Counted from the stretch's first letter, positions 13,545 through 25,903 are shown. The stretch is 64,000 bases of DNA from Octopus vulgaris (GCA_951406725.2 OX597819.1:20956001-21020000); one strand, 5' to 3'. Notes: generated by a model from the sequence alone, not told the origin. Numbers and translations are program-made.

Positions 13545-14164
13545 CTGGTATTTTTACAAAATACATTTTTTATGACGTCTTTGCGATAAGAGCCTATTTG
13601 TAGTTTATGCTCCTATCAAATTCACTTTAATATATATATGAAAACCAATACTCTGGTATTTTATCATTTGCTCTGGCTGTACGTACAATTTGTTGAGCGC
13701 TGTTCACCTGCAAATATATACACATACCAAACATCCTTTCATTTACACACTTACACACACACACATTCTCAGACGTAGGTGTATGTTTGTGTAATCCTAC
13801 GTGTACGTATGTAAGTTATTATAAAAATGTAAGTTATGTCCTGTAAATATCAGGATTGTCACAAAAAGTTTCAATAAATTCTGAGTTATAAATTAGAAAG
13901 TTTAGTGCAAGTCCTTGCCTAAATTATGAATATGAATCTGTATTTAAGAATCTAGAAAACATTATATAAACCATATAACTTTAATACTTTACCATATCGA
14001 GATTACAGCTATGCAAGAGATAGCTGCAACGCGATCAACTGCGCCAGTCGATTATCTAAGAGGTGAGAGAAACAGGAGTGAGAGCGACGGATATATATAT
14101 ATATAGAGAGAGAGAGAGATGTAGATAGATAGATAGATAGATAGAAGAATAGATATATAAGATA

Positions 14165-14500
14165 GTTATGTTTCTTTATTAGCCACACAGGGCTGCACAC
14201 AGACGGGACAAATTACAAGGTAGAGCTTTTCTTTTGGGGATAAAAAAAAGTGGGGTTGGTTTTCGATCAAAGGGATCGTAAAAGGAAAGCAAAAGCAAAA
14301 AAAAAAGGGTGGTGGATAAAAATAAAAGGAAAAAATCGATCAATAGGGATCGTTATCACAGAAATGTCAATATAAAGTGTAAAGGGGAAGACAGGTGAGG
14401 TTTACTCGTGGAGAGAAAAGCCTACGGAAAAGACCACAGTAACCTCGGTCAATGAAGTCACATGTTACATATCTTTTTTTACAAATAAGTAACTCTCTGA
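14165..14500 (-). mobile_element. 3' UTR/end of a retroelement abutting (GATA)n (probable LINE)
   Basis: Second copy at 57284-57430; on the minus strand it ends ...ctgtgtggctaataaagaaaca then (TCTA)n; T-rich UTR; no ORF retained, so clade is unassigned. Confidence 0.7.
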
Positions 14501-14971
14501 GGGAGAAAGTATTGGTAGCTTACTTCAGTAGACGGATGAGCAGCCGCATCACTGCTACCAAACCGAATGAAACGTAACCATTCGATGCCTGTATGTATGT
14601 TATTATTCAGGAGAGTGTGTAGACGTGTGTGTGTACATGTGTTTGTACGTGTGAACATATGTTTACGTACTGATATATGTCAGTTCAAGTTGTAGACATG
14701 ACTGATACCTTGTTGAAGGGTGTATATATACACACATATACATGTATATAGACACACACACATATATATATATATGTGTGTGTGTGTGCGTGAGTTTGTA
14801 CCTCACATCACCGCCTAACGGTGAATGGATACAACGTCTTAGATCCATATATACACATATAACCTTATATATATATACAAGTAGACACAATCATATAGAC
14901 ACTTACACATACTCACAAATATACGTTTAAGCTTAAAGTATACACACATAAACGCTTATCCATCTCCACAG

Positions 14972-15017
<46 letters not shown>

Positions 15018-15251
15018 CGCGCTTTTCAAGGACAACGGTAAAAATTCAAATTTGGTTTATTTTATTCTATTTATTCTTTTTTTTCTTTTGCATATACAGT
15101 ACATACATATATCTACGCATACTTATATGTACATGCATGTACATACTTATACACTAACATACACAACACATACAAATACTTACACACATATACATCTACA
15201 CATATGCACATACGTATCAAACAATGCACGCTCATACGGTTATATATACAC

Positions 15252-16140
15252 GCCCTGATACCGTCGGTGTCTACATATTAAATTTGAGCGCAATGGGATG
15301 GAGGATGCCCGAGATCTAGAAGACACACACACAGACAGAGAGAACAGATTTTCTCGCGTACGCGTTGTATCGATCGCAACAGCTGATGTACTTGCCCCTA
15401 GAAATGCACATTCCCACGGTTTATCGATCACATTCTCACCTAGAATCGATTTTTGTAATTTTTTCAAGACTTATATAAGCCCTGATACCGTCGGCATCTA
15501 TACATAAAATTTGAGTGCAATCGGATGGAGGATGCCCGAGATCCTAGAAGAAACACACAGAGAGAGAGAACGGATTTTATATAATAGAGGAGCAAAACGC
15601 CTCCCGTCCAATGGACGGTGCTGCGTTGTCAAGCATTTAAACCAAATTTTGTCAAAACAACTTGTCTTACCGTCCCATAGGCCTCCCCTTTGAGAAACAC
15701 TGATTTAACCTAAATTTGAGACACCAGCAAAAGAATAAATAAAGATAGCCTTTCTTTCTATTCCAAAGAAAAACGATTTTATTCACACAAGTATGCAACC
15801 GAAGAGTTTAAAGTACCAGTAATGACAAGTCCGTTGACTGGGAGAACACAAACATGGTTTAAAAAGTAAGCTTGGCTGGAAAGAAACATGCTTTTAAGCA
15901 GTTCAGATGAACAAAAAATGGAAGGTGCAGTTACGTACAGGTTGACGGAAGAAGAGCAAGGCAAAAACGGCTTTATCGATCTCATTCTCACCTGGAATCG
16001 AATTTTGTAAGTTTTTCATGACTTATACGCGCCCAGATACCGTCGGCAGCTAGATATCACATTTGAGTGCAATCGGATGGAGGATGCCAGAGATCCAAGA
16101 AGACACACACACAAGCAGACAGAACGGATTTTATATAATA
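15252..16140 (-). mobile_element. Three repeated Helitron-like 5' segments, with a hAT-like terminus (CAGTGTTTCTCAAA) at 15689-15702
   Basis: Copies at 15252-15350, 15420-15588 and 15971-16140; minus strand begins TCTATTATATAAAATCCGTT..(TC/TG)n..CCGATTGCACTCAAATTT, typical of non-autonomous Helitron 5' ends. Confidence 0.6.
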
Positions 16141-16151
16141 ATATATATATA

Positions 16152-16510
16152 TTTACTCTTTACTCTTTTACTTATTTCAGTCATTTGACTATGGCCATGC
16201 TGGAGCACCACCTTTAGTCGAGTAAATCGACTCCAGGACTTATTCTTTGTAAGCCCAGTACTTATTATATCGGTCTCTTTTTCCGAACCGCTAAGTTACG
16301 GGGACGTAAACACACCAGCATCGGTAATCACGTGAAGTTGGGAGGACAAACATAGACACACAAACACATACACACACATACATATATATACATATATACG
16401 ACGGGCTTCTTTCAGTTTCCGTCTACCAAATCCACTCACAAGGATTTGGTCGGCCATGCAGTGGGACTGAACCCTGAACCATGTGTTCGGTAAGCAGCCA
16501 CTCCTACGCC
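16152..16510 (-). mobile_element. tRNA-derived SINE family A (CORE-type, internal microsatellite), internally deleted
   Basis: Head ggcgtaggagtggctg, B-box-like gggttcagtccc, tail gctccagcatggcc..gactgaaa and (gtaaaaga)n; multiple copies in the window. Confidence 0.9.
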
Positions 16511-16529
16511 TATATATAAATATGTATAT

Positions 16530-16835
16530 AAATATACTTATATATATATACATATATAAATATATAATCATGTATACAAATATACTTATATATATATACA
16601 TATATAAATATATAATCATGTATACAAAAATACTTATATATATATACATATATAAATAAATAATCATGTATACAAATATACTTATATATATATACATATA
16701 TAAATATATAATCATGTATACAAATATACTTATATATATATACATATATAAATATATAATCATGTATACAAATATACTTATATATATATACATATATAAA
16801 TATATAATCATGTATACAAATATACTTATATGTAT
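16530..16835. repeat. 48-bp AT-rich minisatellite, ~6-7 units
   Basis: aaatatacttatatatatatacatatataaatatataatcatgtatac; gives the 16-aa periodicity in ORF 16296-17042. Confidence 0.92.
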
Positions 16836-16872
16836 ATTATTAGCTAAACTGGCAAAGTGACCATTCCTAAAT

Positions 16873-16928
<56 letters not shown>

Positions 16929-17803
16929 GTGTGTGGGTGTGTGCTCGTGTCTGTGGGGGTGTGCGTGCATATACCTGCGTATCCACACCACGTACCATGT
17001 CTGTATTTCGTATGTTTCTTCCAGTAGAACAGTGTAACACATTTACTTGCTGTGTTGCTGTACTTAAAACAAATTTCTTCTCCTACACTTTTAAGCATTT
17101 GTTTATTTAATGAATCAAGCGTGGTTTTTGTCTCTCTGATTTCCAGTAACCTTTGTCATATATTTGCAATATTACTATTTAAAAAGGTAATAAAAAATAA
17201 ATCTAGTTACACAGACAAAATATAATATTACATATTTCCGCATCATTTCATTCCAATTTTATCTGACCAATGAAAGTATCGCTAAAAATTATCTCTTAAA
17301 GTTCAAAGATGCTTTCTTTGAAATACAAAACAATATCAGGTAATATCATTGTTTATTACACTACAAAACATTTTTCTCTTTCATATATACGTTGTCTCTA
17401 TTTCCTTTATCGGTCTTCTTTCTGCTTGTTTATTATACAGACAGATTGACGGATTTTTAACAGTTGAAGAAGTCTTCAGAAACATTCTACTATATTGCCT
17501 CCCAGCCATTTGTATTTTATATGGATGACAAGCGAATGAGAAAGACTGAATTCAAGGAATGATAACTTAACTGGTCTTAATTATTTTCAGGCACTGCTGT
17601 AGTGAACATCTAGATATTATCAGAAGATGAATTTTTCTTGGCAGTACGAATAAAGTATAGGTATGCTGTCACTTTCGGCTATCATAATACGATAAATATT
17701 TATTCCGCAATATTTATTGTGTGTTCATTTTTCGATGTATAATAAATTGTTGCAAAAATATTACTTGCATATATGACATAAAAAGAGTGTATATATCAAT
17801 GTT

Positions 17804-17843
<40 letters not shown>

Positions 17844-17849
17844 TGAGTG

Positions 17850-18711
17850 TATGTTTACCTTGTTTAAAGCAGGTTATACAGAGATAATTTTCTACATTGA
17901 TTCTGCTCAGTCTAATTGTAAATTCAATAATGTAGATAAGATTTCTAGTCGTAAAAGAATTATTGATAATAAACATAACTTACGCACCGATACAAAGCGA
18001 ATGACGGCAGATACCCCTTATTTAATCCCCTATTATCGATCTAAAAGTAAATATAACACCTTCAAAAGTAATTACGCTATGAATACTAGTAAAAATATTT
18101 GGTTAATAATTCCTTACGGGAGACAAATTAAATCTAATCTCCCACTGCTGTTTCGTCAAGCTATTGCTAGGAATTTTCCAAACAATTCTAGATATTACTC
18201 TATTATCAATTCACATAAGGTCAGGATAGGTTTTTCAAACACAAAATATCTCTTGCAAATTTTCTCTTCACATAATAACAAACTGTTAAATAATAATACA
18301 TTTACTAATACTAACATTAATTTAGCTAACACTATCCAACCCTCTAGAAATATTAATAACAAGGTTGTTGTATCTGAAGTCAATTCCAATAGAATTAAGT
18401 TTATGTCAAGTAACTCTAAGATTAAAAATTCTGTATACCAGTGAATAATCAGTACTCGTAATAAAGTACGATTTTACATTGGAAGCACATCGTTAGAGTT
18501 ATCTAAAAGAATTTCTATCCATTACTCAACATTTAGGGATAGAAATAAACGTAATAGTACCGGTCTCAGCAAACTGATTTGGGATTTAAAAGACCACAAT
18601 AAACAATTTTATTTAGAATGGTTGATTCTCTCAATTTCGATACCATATGACAAAGGCAAGGAATTCTGTCTTCTCTGCAATTCTGAGCTATTTTTCATTT
18701 TTTTTTTCTAA
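17850..18711 (+). pseudogene. 5'-truncated Penelope-like element: RT thumb end, linker and GIY-YIG endonuclease
   Basis: KAGY.E; IWLIIPY..IKSN...NFP...KVRIGFSNT...SSHNNKLL linker; VYQ*...FYIGST...KR..H..F..RNSTGLSKLIWDLK..W..CLLCNSE; one in-frame TGA at 18442-18444; starts next to (TA)n. Confidence 0.9.
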
Positions 18712-18719
18712 AATAGCTT

Positions 18720-19079
18720 CAAGGTTGATCCAAGACTGGGACCACGGGCCATACGTCCCCTGCCCAATTCAAGATCACAGCATACATGTACACTGCAACA
18801 TAATTTCTTTTCATCAACAGGCCCTGCCCTATTTAACATTGACCCGAGGGAGATCAAAGAGGAAAAGGATCCCATCAACTTTAAACAGAGTCTGGATAGA
18901 TTCCTTCAAAGAATACCAGATAAGCCACCCATAATTGGATACAACTCACCCAACAAGAACTCACTACTTGAATGGACCATAAACAAAACTTGACTTAAAG
19001 AGGATTCGAATAATCCTATCAGGTGGTGTTATTAAGTTAGACATGACCTGGACCAATCTTTGGTCGAAACATATCTAAG

Positions 19080-19082
<3 letters not shown>
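18720..19082 (+). mobile_element. CR1/L2-like LINE ORF2 C-terminus and 3' UTR
   Basis: PRLGPRAIRP...NFFSSTGPALFNI...FKQSLDRFLQRIPDKP...NSLLEW; UTR stem-loop gaccaa/ttggtc. Confidence 0.8.
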
Positions 19083-19139
<57 letters not shown>

Positions 19140-21433
19140 AAATGAACTAATCAAAACTAGCGTTGCTAGAGATAAGAGTCAAAATCACCTTACTAGCCTC
19201 AGAATCACAATCTTAATGACTTACAAGGGAGGCAGGATCTGCGAATTTAGAAATATAAAATGGTGACAATATACCCATCGCACACTGTGTGTGTGTCATC
19301 TGTTGTCATCTGTAGTTGTGGTACACTTCCGTTGGATTTACTTCAGGAACTTTGAAATGGAAGTTAAGGTAATAGTATTAATAATAGCAGGAGATGGATT
19401 TCATAATAGACTTTTTGGGTCTCTTCAGGTACAATGATAAAGAAGTTTCAGTAGAGATATTTTGTGTCGGCTGGTTTGTTGTTATACGCCCACCCAGTTC
19501 GACTGAGTGTATTCTCAGACGGAGCGATGTTTGAAGAAAGATCATATATACAAAACTAATGTTTTGTACAGATAAAATATCGGGCCTTGATGATGAATAT
19601 AAATGTTTACTCGTAGACTAAACGATGGTAGATTCATAGACAGTGTTTTTATAAGTAATTTGCAAAGTGCACTGCTAACAAATGGAAATCACATAGTAGC
19701 ACACATTGTGCATATATTCCTATGTTATCCAATGACATCCGAAAAGAAGCCAGCCCATAACCCTGGGGTCTCATAAAGCGAGTCCTCCTAAGGGGAGATA
19801 CATACGTCATATATTTGTATCTGTGAGTGTGTTGTGTGTTGTTTGTATGTGCGTTGGCATTTCTAGATATTTCACAGAATAGCGACGGGCACAGCCCTGA
19901 TATTTTCGGACCTTTCACAGATGTAACAATGATGCACGGATCTTTTGTTCAACGTGAAGAAACGTAGGTTTCTACAGAAGAAATAATTAGGCAGAGTATT
20001 TTCGAGGGAGCTCTAGATACAAGTAAAATATATTGAGAAAATTTCAGGTGCAAGACCGACACTTTGGGCAACAATAAATTGAATTCAATGAAAAGTAATT
20101 GATGAGAGGGAGCACGAGTGAACTGTTACCAATCGGTTAAATTTCTGCTAAACAAATGAGGTTTACCTGTGTGGTGCCGTAGCGTAACCACAATGTATTT
20201 CTATACAAAACTTAGAAATGATTTGGATCAAGTTTGATGCAGTTTAGGTTTCTGATAAAAAAAAGAGTCACATTTTGCGAGGTTTGTTGTATCTAAATTT
20301 ATAAAGGATTTTGTGATGTATTATCGGTGAATAGCTTGGGTGGGGTGCAGGTTATCGAGGGAAGTACCTGTGTGTTCAAGCTGGATTTTTTTTTTTTTCT
20401 GAAAACATGGCAGTCATGGTTTGAGGGATTTCTATTTCATCTAGATGGCATTTCTGTTGAAAATGTTAACAAGATATGATGTGGTGCATCATTGGTATGT
20501 AAGTGAGTATTTCAGGATTTAATGAAGTTTACTGTTAATGTTCATAAGGCGAGGCATCTCGGTACCTCTTCTGATGAAAGTTAGTTTTGTTTGGTATAGA
20601 GCTGGCAACGCTTCAAAGAATTTATCTCCTGTATGCAAGGAGGCATTTTGTGCTGCAGAAATAAGTTATTTGTAAGGCTTTGATTAACAAATGAACAGTT
20701 TATTCCACGGGTCGCTGAAATGTCGTCCTTCACTAAAGATCAATTCGGAAAGATGCTTAAAAGCATTTTGAAGTCTCGTGGAGACTATCCTGCCAGTTTA
20801 TCGCCTTCAAATATTAATGCAATAACGAAGGTAAACATAATATTCAAATTTAATAATGCTTCATTTCCAGCCCCTGTTTTTTGCAGTAAATTATATTTTT
20901 ATGAGAACAAGTTCTTCTAAGCTTTATCCGATTCAATTACGGAAGAACAATTACATGAAATAAAATAAAAGCCACCTCAAAACGCGACATCAACGTATCT
21001 AATAGAGAGACAAAAAGCTTCATCAGACCCAGTAATCGACTGGTATATTATATCGACCCCAGAATAGTGAATACAACTTTAACTTCGACGAAATTTGAAA
21101 CGAAAAAGTTGACAGAAGGAACGTGCTGTTCTATGTGACTGTCTTAACTTTTTTCGAATGCGTCAATTTAACTCCGGATGTAATAGGATAGCATGGGAAT
21201 ATATGCACGATATCTGCTATTACATGATTTCCATTTGTAAGCCATGCACTATTAAGCTTTGCAATTTTCTTAGAAACAGACTGTTTATAAATCTACCATC
21301 ATTTAGTCTACGTATAAATGTTTATATTCATCAGGTAAGCTTGTCCATTTATCTGTACAAAACACTGACTTCGTATATATAATCTATCTCCCAATATCGC
21401 TCAATCAGAGAATACACACACACAAACGTATAT

Positions 21434-21770
21434 ACGGACAAGTTTTTGGAATTCGTAGATATGTACACGGATGTATATATTTTAGCAGAGAGAGAGGGGG
21501 GGTAGAAAAGGGAGAAAAAGAGGGGAGAAAAAAGTGGATGATTACACAAAACCACCCACAAATAGGAACACAGACATACACATACACAAAGAAGTACACA
21601 CGCACACACGGACAAGTTTTGGGGATTCGTATATATGTAAACGTATGTATATCTTCAAGCAGAGAGATAGAGAGAGAAAGGCCGAGAGGTGGAGAAAAGT
21701 GGTTGATTACACAAAACCACCCACAAACAGTCACGTAGACATACACATAAAAGCACACACAGACACACAC
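21434..21770. repeat. Diverged tandem duplication, period ~174 bp
   Basis: acggacaagttttt at 21434 and 21608; gattacacaaaaccacccacaaa in both copies. Confidence 0.85.
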
Positions 21771-22404
21771 ACACTCAAACATTCATACATATAAACATAT
21801 GTCTGAGTGTGCAGGCAAATGTATGTCTCTACATTTATTCTAACGTCAACAAAAAGTGGTCACATTTAAAAAGACATCTCAGAGAACTGCAGAACACGTC
21901 ACATGCAGCTTCCTTCAATGATTTCACAACTACATCGACACGATGTTCTCCATTGAAATTATACTACAATTTCCCCTCTGCAACTGTATTCGCACTTAGT
22001 CGCACATACTTATAGACAATTGGAACTCTACGTTTATGGTTGCACGCAATCACACACAATATCTCTATTTCTCTATATATCTCTCCCTTTGTCTCTCTCT
22101 CTCTCTCTCTCACTCTTTATCACTATCGCCCACTCAGATATATATATCTTTTGTACCTACACGCACGTATTGCAACGTGGTACAATTTTAGTACATCTCA
22201 ACAAGTTCTTTCGTATCTGAGAGTGTACAATCACTCAACAGGTATTTCCACTTTCGTAGAATTATAAGAATTGAACACACACACACACGCACACACGTAC
22301 ACACTTATGCACGAACACAAAAGCACACACATCTATACGTATTCATATATGAGTGTGATTGTGTGTGTGTATGTGTGTGTGTATATGTGTGCATGCGCGC
22401 GCGC

Positions 22405-22469
<65 letters not shown>

Positions 22470-22631
22470 CATGCGTGTGTGTATGTGTAAATCAAAACGG
22501 TTTGATTATCACTCCTTTGAAATCTGAATTTCAAGGAGTCTTAATCAGACTATTTTGATCTATGCATCTAAATCCCAACAGATGTGTTCAGAGACCTTCT
22601 TTCCTTTGTCTACTTATATATATATATATAT

Positions 22632-22751
22632 CACGGTTATCACCGTGACCGACCAGGCTATCAGATGTTGCTAACCATCGCTGGTCACAATGCGTTTTGC
22701 ATTGTTTTTACCTTCAAATGACGCCACCCCGCTGGCTAAGCGAGCAGGCCA

Positions 22752-22752
<1 letters not shown>
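22632..22752 (-). mobile_element. Short retroelement 3' fragment inside (TA)n
   Basis: GC-richer 120-bp island between TA runs; resembles an RTE-type 3' UTR recalled from octopus repeats. Confidence 0.45.
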
Positions 22753-22799
<47 letters not shown>

Positions 22800-22803
<4 letters not shown>

Positions 22804-23893
22804 CCTTCAAAAAGGTTTCAGCCCGGAAGCTGCGGCCATGCTGGGGCACCACCGTTGAATGAGCTACTCTAGTATGTGAAACGACACCTGATACGTGGCA
22901 ATGGTCAACAAGGGAGTTCGACACCGCTGCTCGTATTTGTGTTTCCTGGCGAGAGGTAGGTTCATCTGGAACCCCTGACAATAAGAGATCCAGTTTAGGT
23001 TTAAAAAATCCTATCCACACCATGCAGGTCTGTTAGGCATTTAGGAAGGATATTAAAGAGCTCTGGTCTCCTGAAACTCAAGCTGTTTCAGTATCCAATG
23101 GTGCCCCGTTCTGCTGTTGGGGTAACTTTCAATACCAAAATTCGGGACAAGGCCCTTCAGGATTTCCAGATGTATATCACTGCATATCTCTCCCGTATTC
23201 GCTCTAGGAAAAAAGAGTTTTAATACTTTCAGTCTTTCCCAGTAGCTGATATGTTTCAGTGAGACGATCTTCTTAGTATAGCTTCGGTGGATTGCTTCGA
23301 GTTCTGCTGTTAACATTCTATTGTATGGTGACCAGAGTTGGGAGCAGTAGTCCAACCGGCTGAGGACTAATATCTTCCAAAGGACCATCAGTATCTCCTT
23401 CTCTCTTGTTCTGAAAGTTCGGAGGATCCATCCAGCTAGCCGTCTGCATTTTATTACCAAATTGGCAATATGCTCTTGGAAAGATTCATCATTGCTCGTG
23501 TCAATGCCCAGGTCACGCACTAACTTTGACTCAGGAATTGCAATTCTTCCCGGGCCAGAATCCGGTCTGCATATCGTTCAGCTTTGTGTGCCGGTAACGC
23601 AGGGCTTGGAACCCCCTTTCATTAAACTGGATGTTGTTCTCCTCAGCCCTCTTGTATATTGTATGCAACTCTCGTTGCAGATGTGCAATATTTCCATGGT
23701 TTTGTATTGCCAGAGAGACTTTTCTGTAATCTGAATAGCTAGTAAGGGTGGCCATCTTAGCAACTGAGAGCATGTCTATAAGGGACACTATGAACAGCAG
23801 TGGCCCCAAGGGTGTGCCCTGTGGAACACCACTTGTTATTTGTGTTTCATTGGAGGTGGCTCCATTGGCCACCACTGCCTGTCTCCAATACAT
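22800..23893 (-). mobile_element. 5'-truncated CR1/L2-like LINE (RT domain to 3' tail), frameshifted
   Basis: RQAVVANG..SGVPQGTPLGPLLF, degenerate YADD, RDLGI, GWILRTF, SRLDYCSQLWSP, SYWERLK, LDLLLSGVPDEP; tail ggtggtgccccagcatggccgcagc..gctgaaacc. Confidence 0.93.
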
Positions 23894-24049
23894 ACATTCA
23901 TAAAAATGTCCGGCTGTTGATGTTGAAATTCCAACGAATAAGCATTGGAACTGTGTTAGAAACCGACTCTTGGTCTATTGGCAAGACATCTTGAAATAAA
24001 ACTGAACAATGTCACAGCAAATATATAGACACATACACACACACAAATA

Positions 24050-24142
24050 TTTGAAGATATTGCCGAAGATGCCACATAGTGATTGAAACCGGACCCTAGG
24101 CTTGGAAGGCAAACATTCGACAACACAGCCACGCCTACGCCT
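24050..24142 (-). mobile_element. SINE family A head fragment
   Basis: Minus strand ggcgtaggcgtggctgtgttg...ccggtttcaatcactatgtggcatcttcggcaa. Confidence 0.65.
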
Positions 24143-24210
24143 ATAATGTCTTGCATGCAATTATATATGTATATATCTGCATAATATCTATCTATATATA
24201 TATATATATA

Positions 24211-25548
24211 CAATAAAAATGGTAAATAATTTTTCAGTGGTTTTTCATATAACCAACAATTATTTACCGGTAAATTTCGGTATGTAAATATGACAAATTC
24301 ATCGTCAGGAACTTTTGTAAAGTTCGGTATATAGTAAAAGTAATTAAAAGGGCAAGCAACAGGCTGCTTCAACGCATATCGAAGGAATTAGAAATGGCAG
24401 TCAAAGACTGTTTTTTCTATTTTCTATAAGTGGAGATTCCATATACGACGAAGCCCGCGATTCACATACGCAAAATCGGAGTAGCAAATAAACGAAAACA
24501 ATCTTTTACCGTTAATAGTGAACATGTTTCTAGATCACAGGCTCAAAAATAGCTTTGATTTCCTTTGTCAACACTATATTCGATAGATTTACCAAATGCC
24601 ACAAGCCCTCACCTCTGACCAAGCGACATCAGATAATGGGGGGAAGTGTGCAGATTTTAAAACTAAGTAATGACTGGGAACGTAAATTTTCCCTCCAAAA
24701 TTCTGCCAAGCGCGCCGTCTGGGTGATCGCAATGGAATAAGAAATCCACATGGTAATACAATAAAAATGGTAAATCATTTTTCAGTGGTTTTTCATATAA
24801 CCAACAATTATTTACCGGTCAATTTCGGTATGTAAATATGACAAATTCATCGTCAGGAACTTTTGTAAAGTTCAGTATATAGTAAAAGTAATTAAAAGGG
24901 CAAGCAACAGGCTGCTTCGCCGCATACCGAAGGTATTAGAAATGGCAGTCAAAGACTGTTTTTTCTATTTTCTATAAGTGGATATTCCATATACGAGGGA
25001 CCCCGCGATTCACATACGCAAAATGGGAGTAGCAAATAAGCGAAAACAATCTTTTACCGTTAATAGTGAACATGTTTCTAGATCACAAGCTCGAAAAAAG
25101 GAAATCAAGCTATTTTTATTGTATTACCTTGTGGATTTTTTATTCCATTTCGATCACCCAGACGGCGCGCTTGGCAGAATTTTGGAGGGAAAATTTACGT
25201 TCCCAGTCATTACTTAGTTTTAAAATCTGCACGCTTCCCCCCACTATTTGATGTCGCTTGGTCAGAGGTGAGGGTTTGTGGCATTTGGTAAATCTATCGA
25301 ATATAGTGTTGACAAAGTAAATCAAAGCTATTTTCGAGCCTGTGATCTAGAAACATGTTCACTATTAACGGTAAGAGATTGTTTTCGTTTATTTGCTACT
25401 CCGATTTTGCGTATGTGAATCGCGGGGTCCGTCGTATATGGAATCTCCACTTATAGAAAATGGAAAAAACAGTCTTTGACTGCCATTTCTAATTCCTACG
25501 GTATGCGGCGAAGCAGCCTGTTGCTTGCCCTTTTAATTACTTTTACTA
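24211..25548. mobile_element. 548-bp non-coding unit in partial tandem plus inverted copy, embedded in (TA)n (Penelope-like architecture)
   Basis: Unit 1 24211-24758; partial unit 2 24759-~25100; inverted copy ~25112-25548. Confidence 0.85.
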
Positions 25549-25903
25549 TATATATATACATACATATATATATATATATATACATATATATATGCGTGTG
25601 TGCGTATATATATGTATATCTATATATGTATGTATGCATATCTATGTATGTCATATATGAATGTGTATATATATGTATATTTATGTATGTATATATGTAT
25701 ATACATATATATATATGCATGTACATATATATATGTATATATATGTATGTATGTATATATGTGTATGTATGTATGTATGTATGTATGTATATATGTATGT
25801 ATGTATGTATATATGTATGTATGTATGTATATATATATGTATGCATGTATATATATGTATGTATATAAATATATGTATATATATGTATGTATATAAATAT
25901 ATG

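Noticed and set aside
16296-17042. 248-aa ORF with 16-aa repeats
   Set aside because: Product of the 48-bp minisatellite plus SINE sequence
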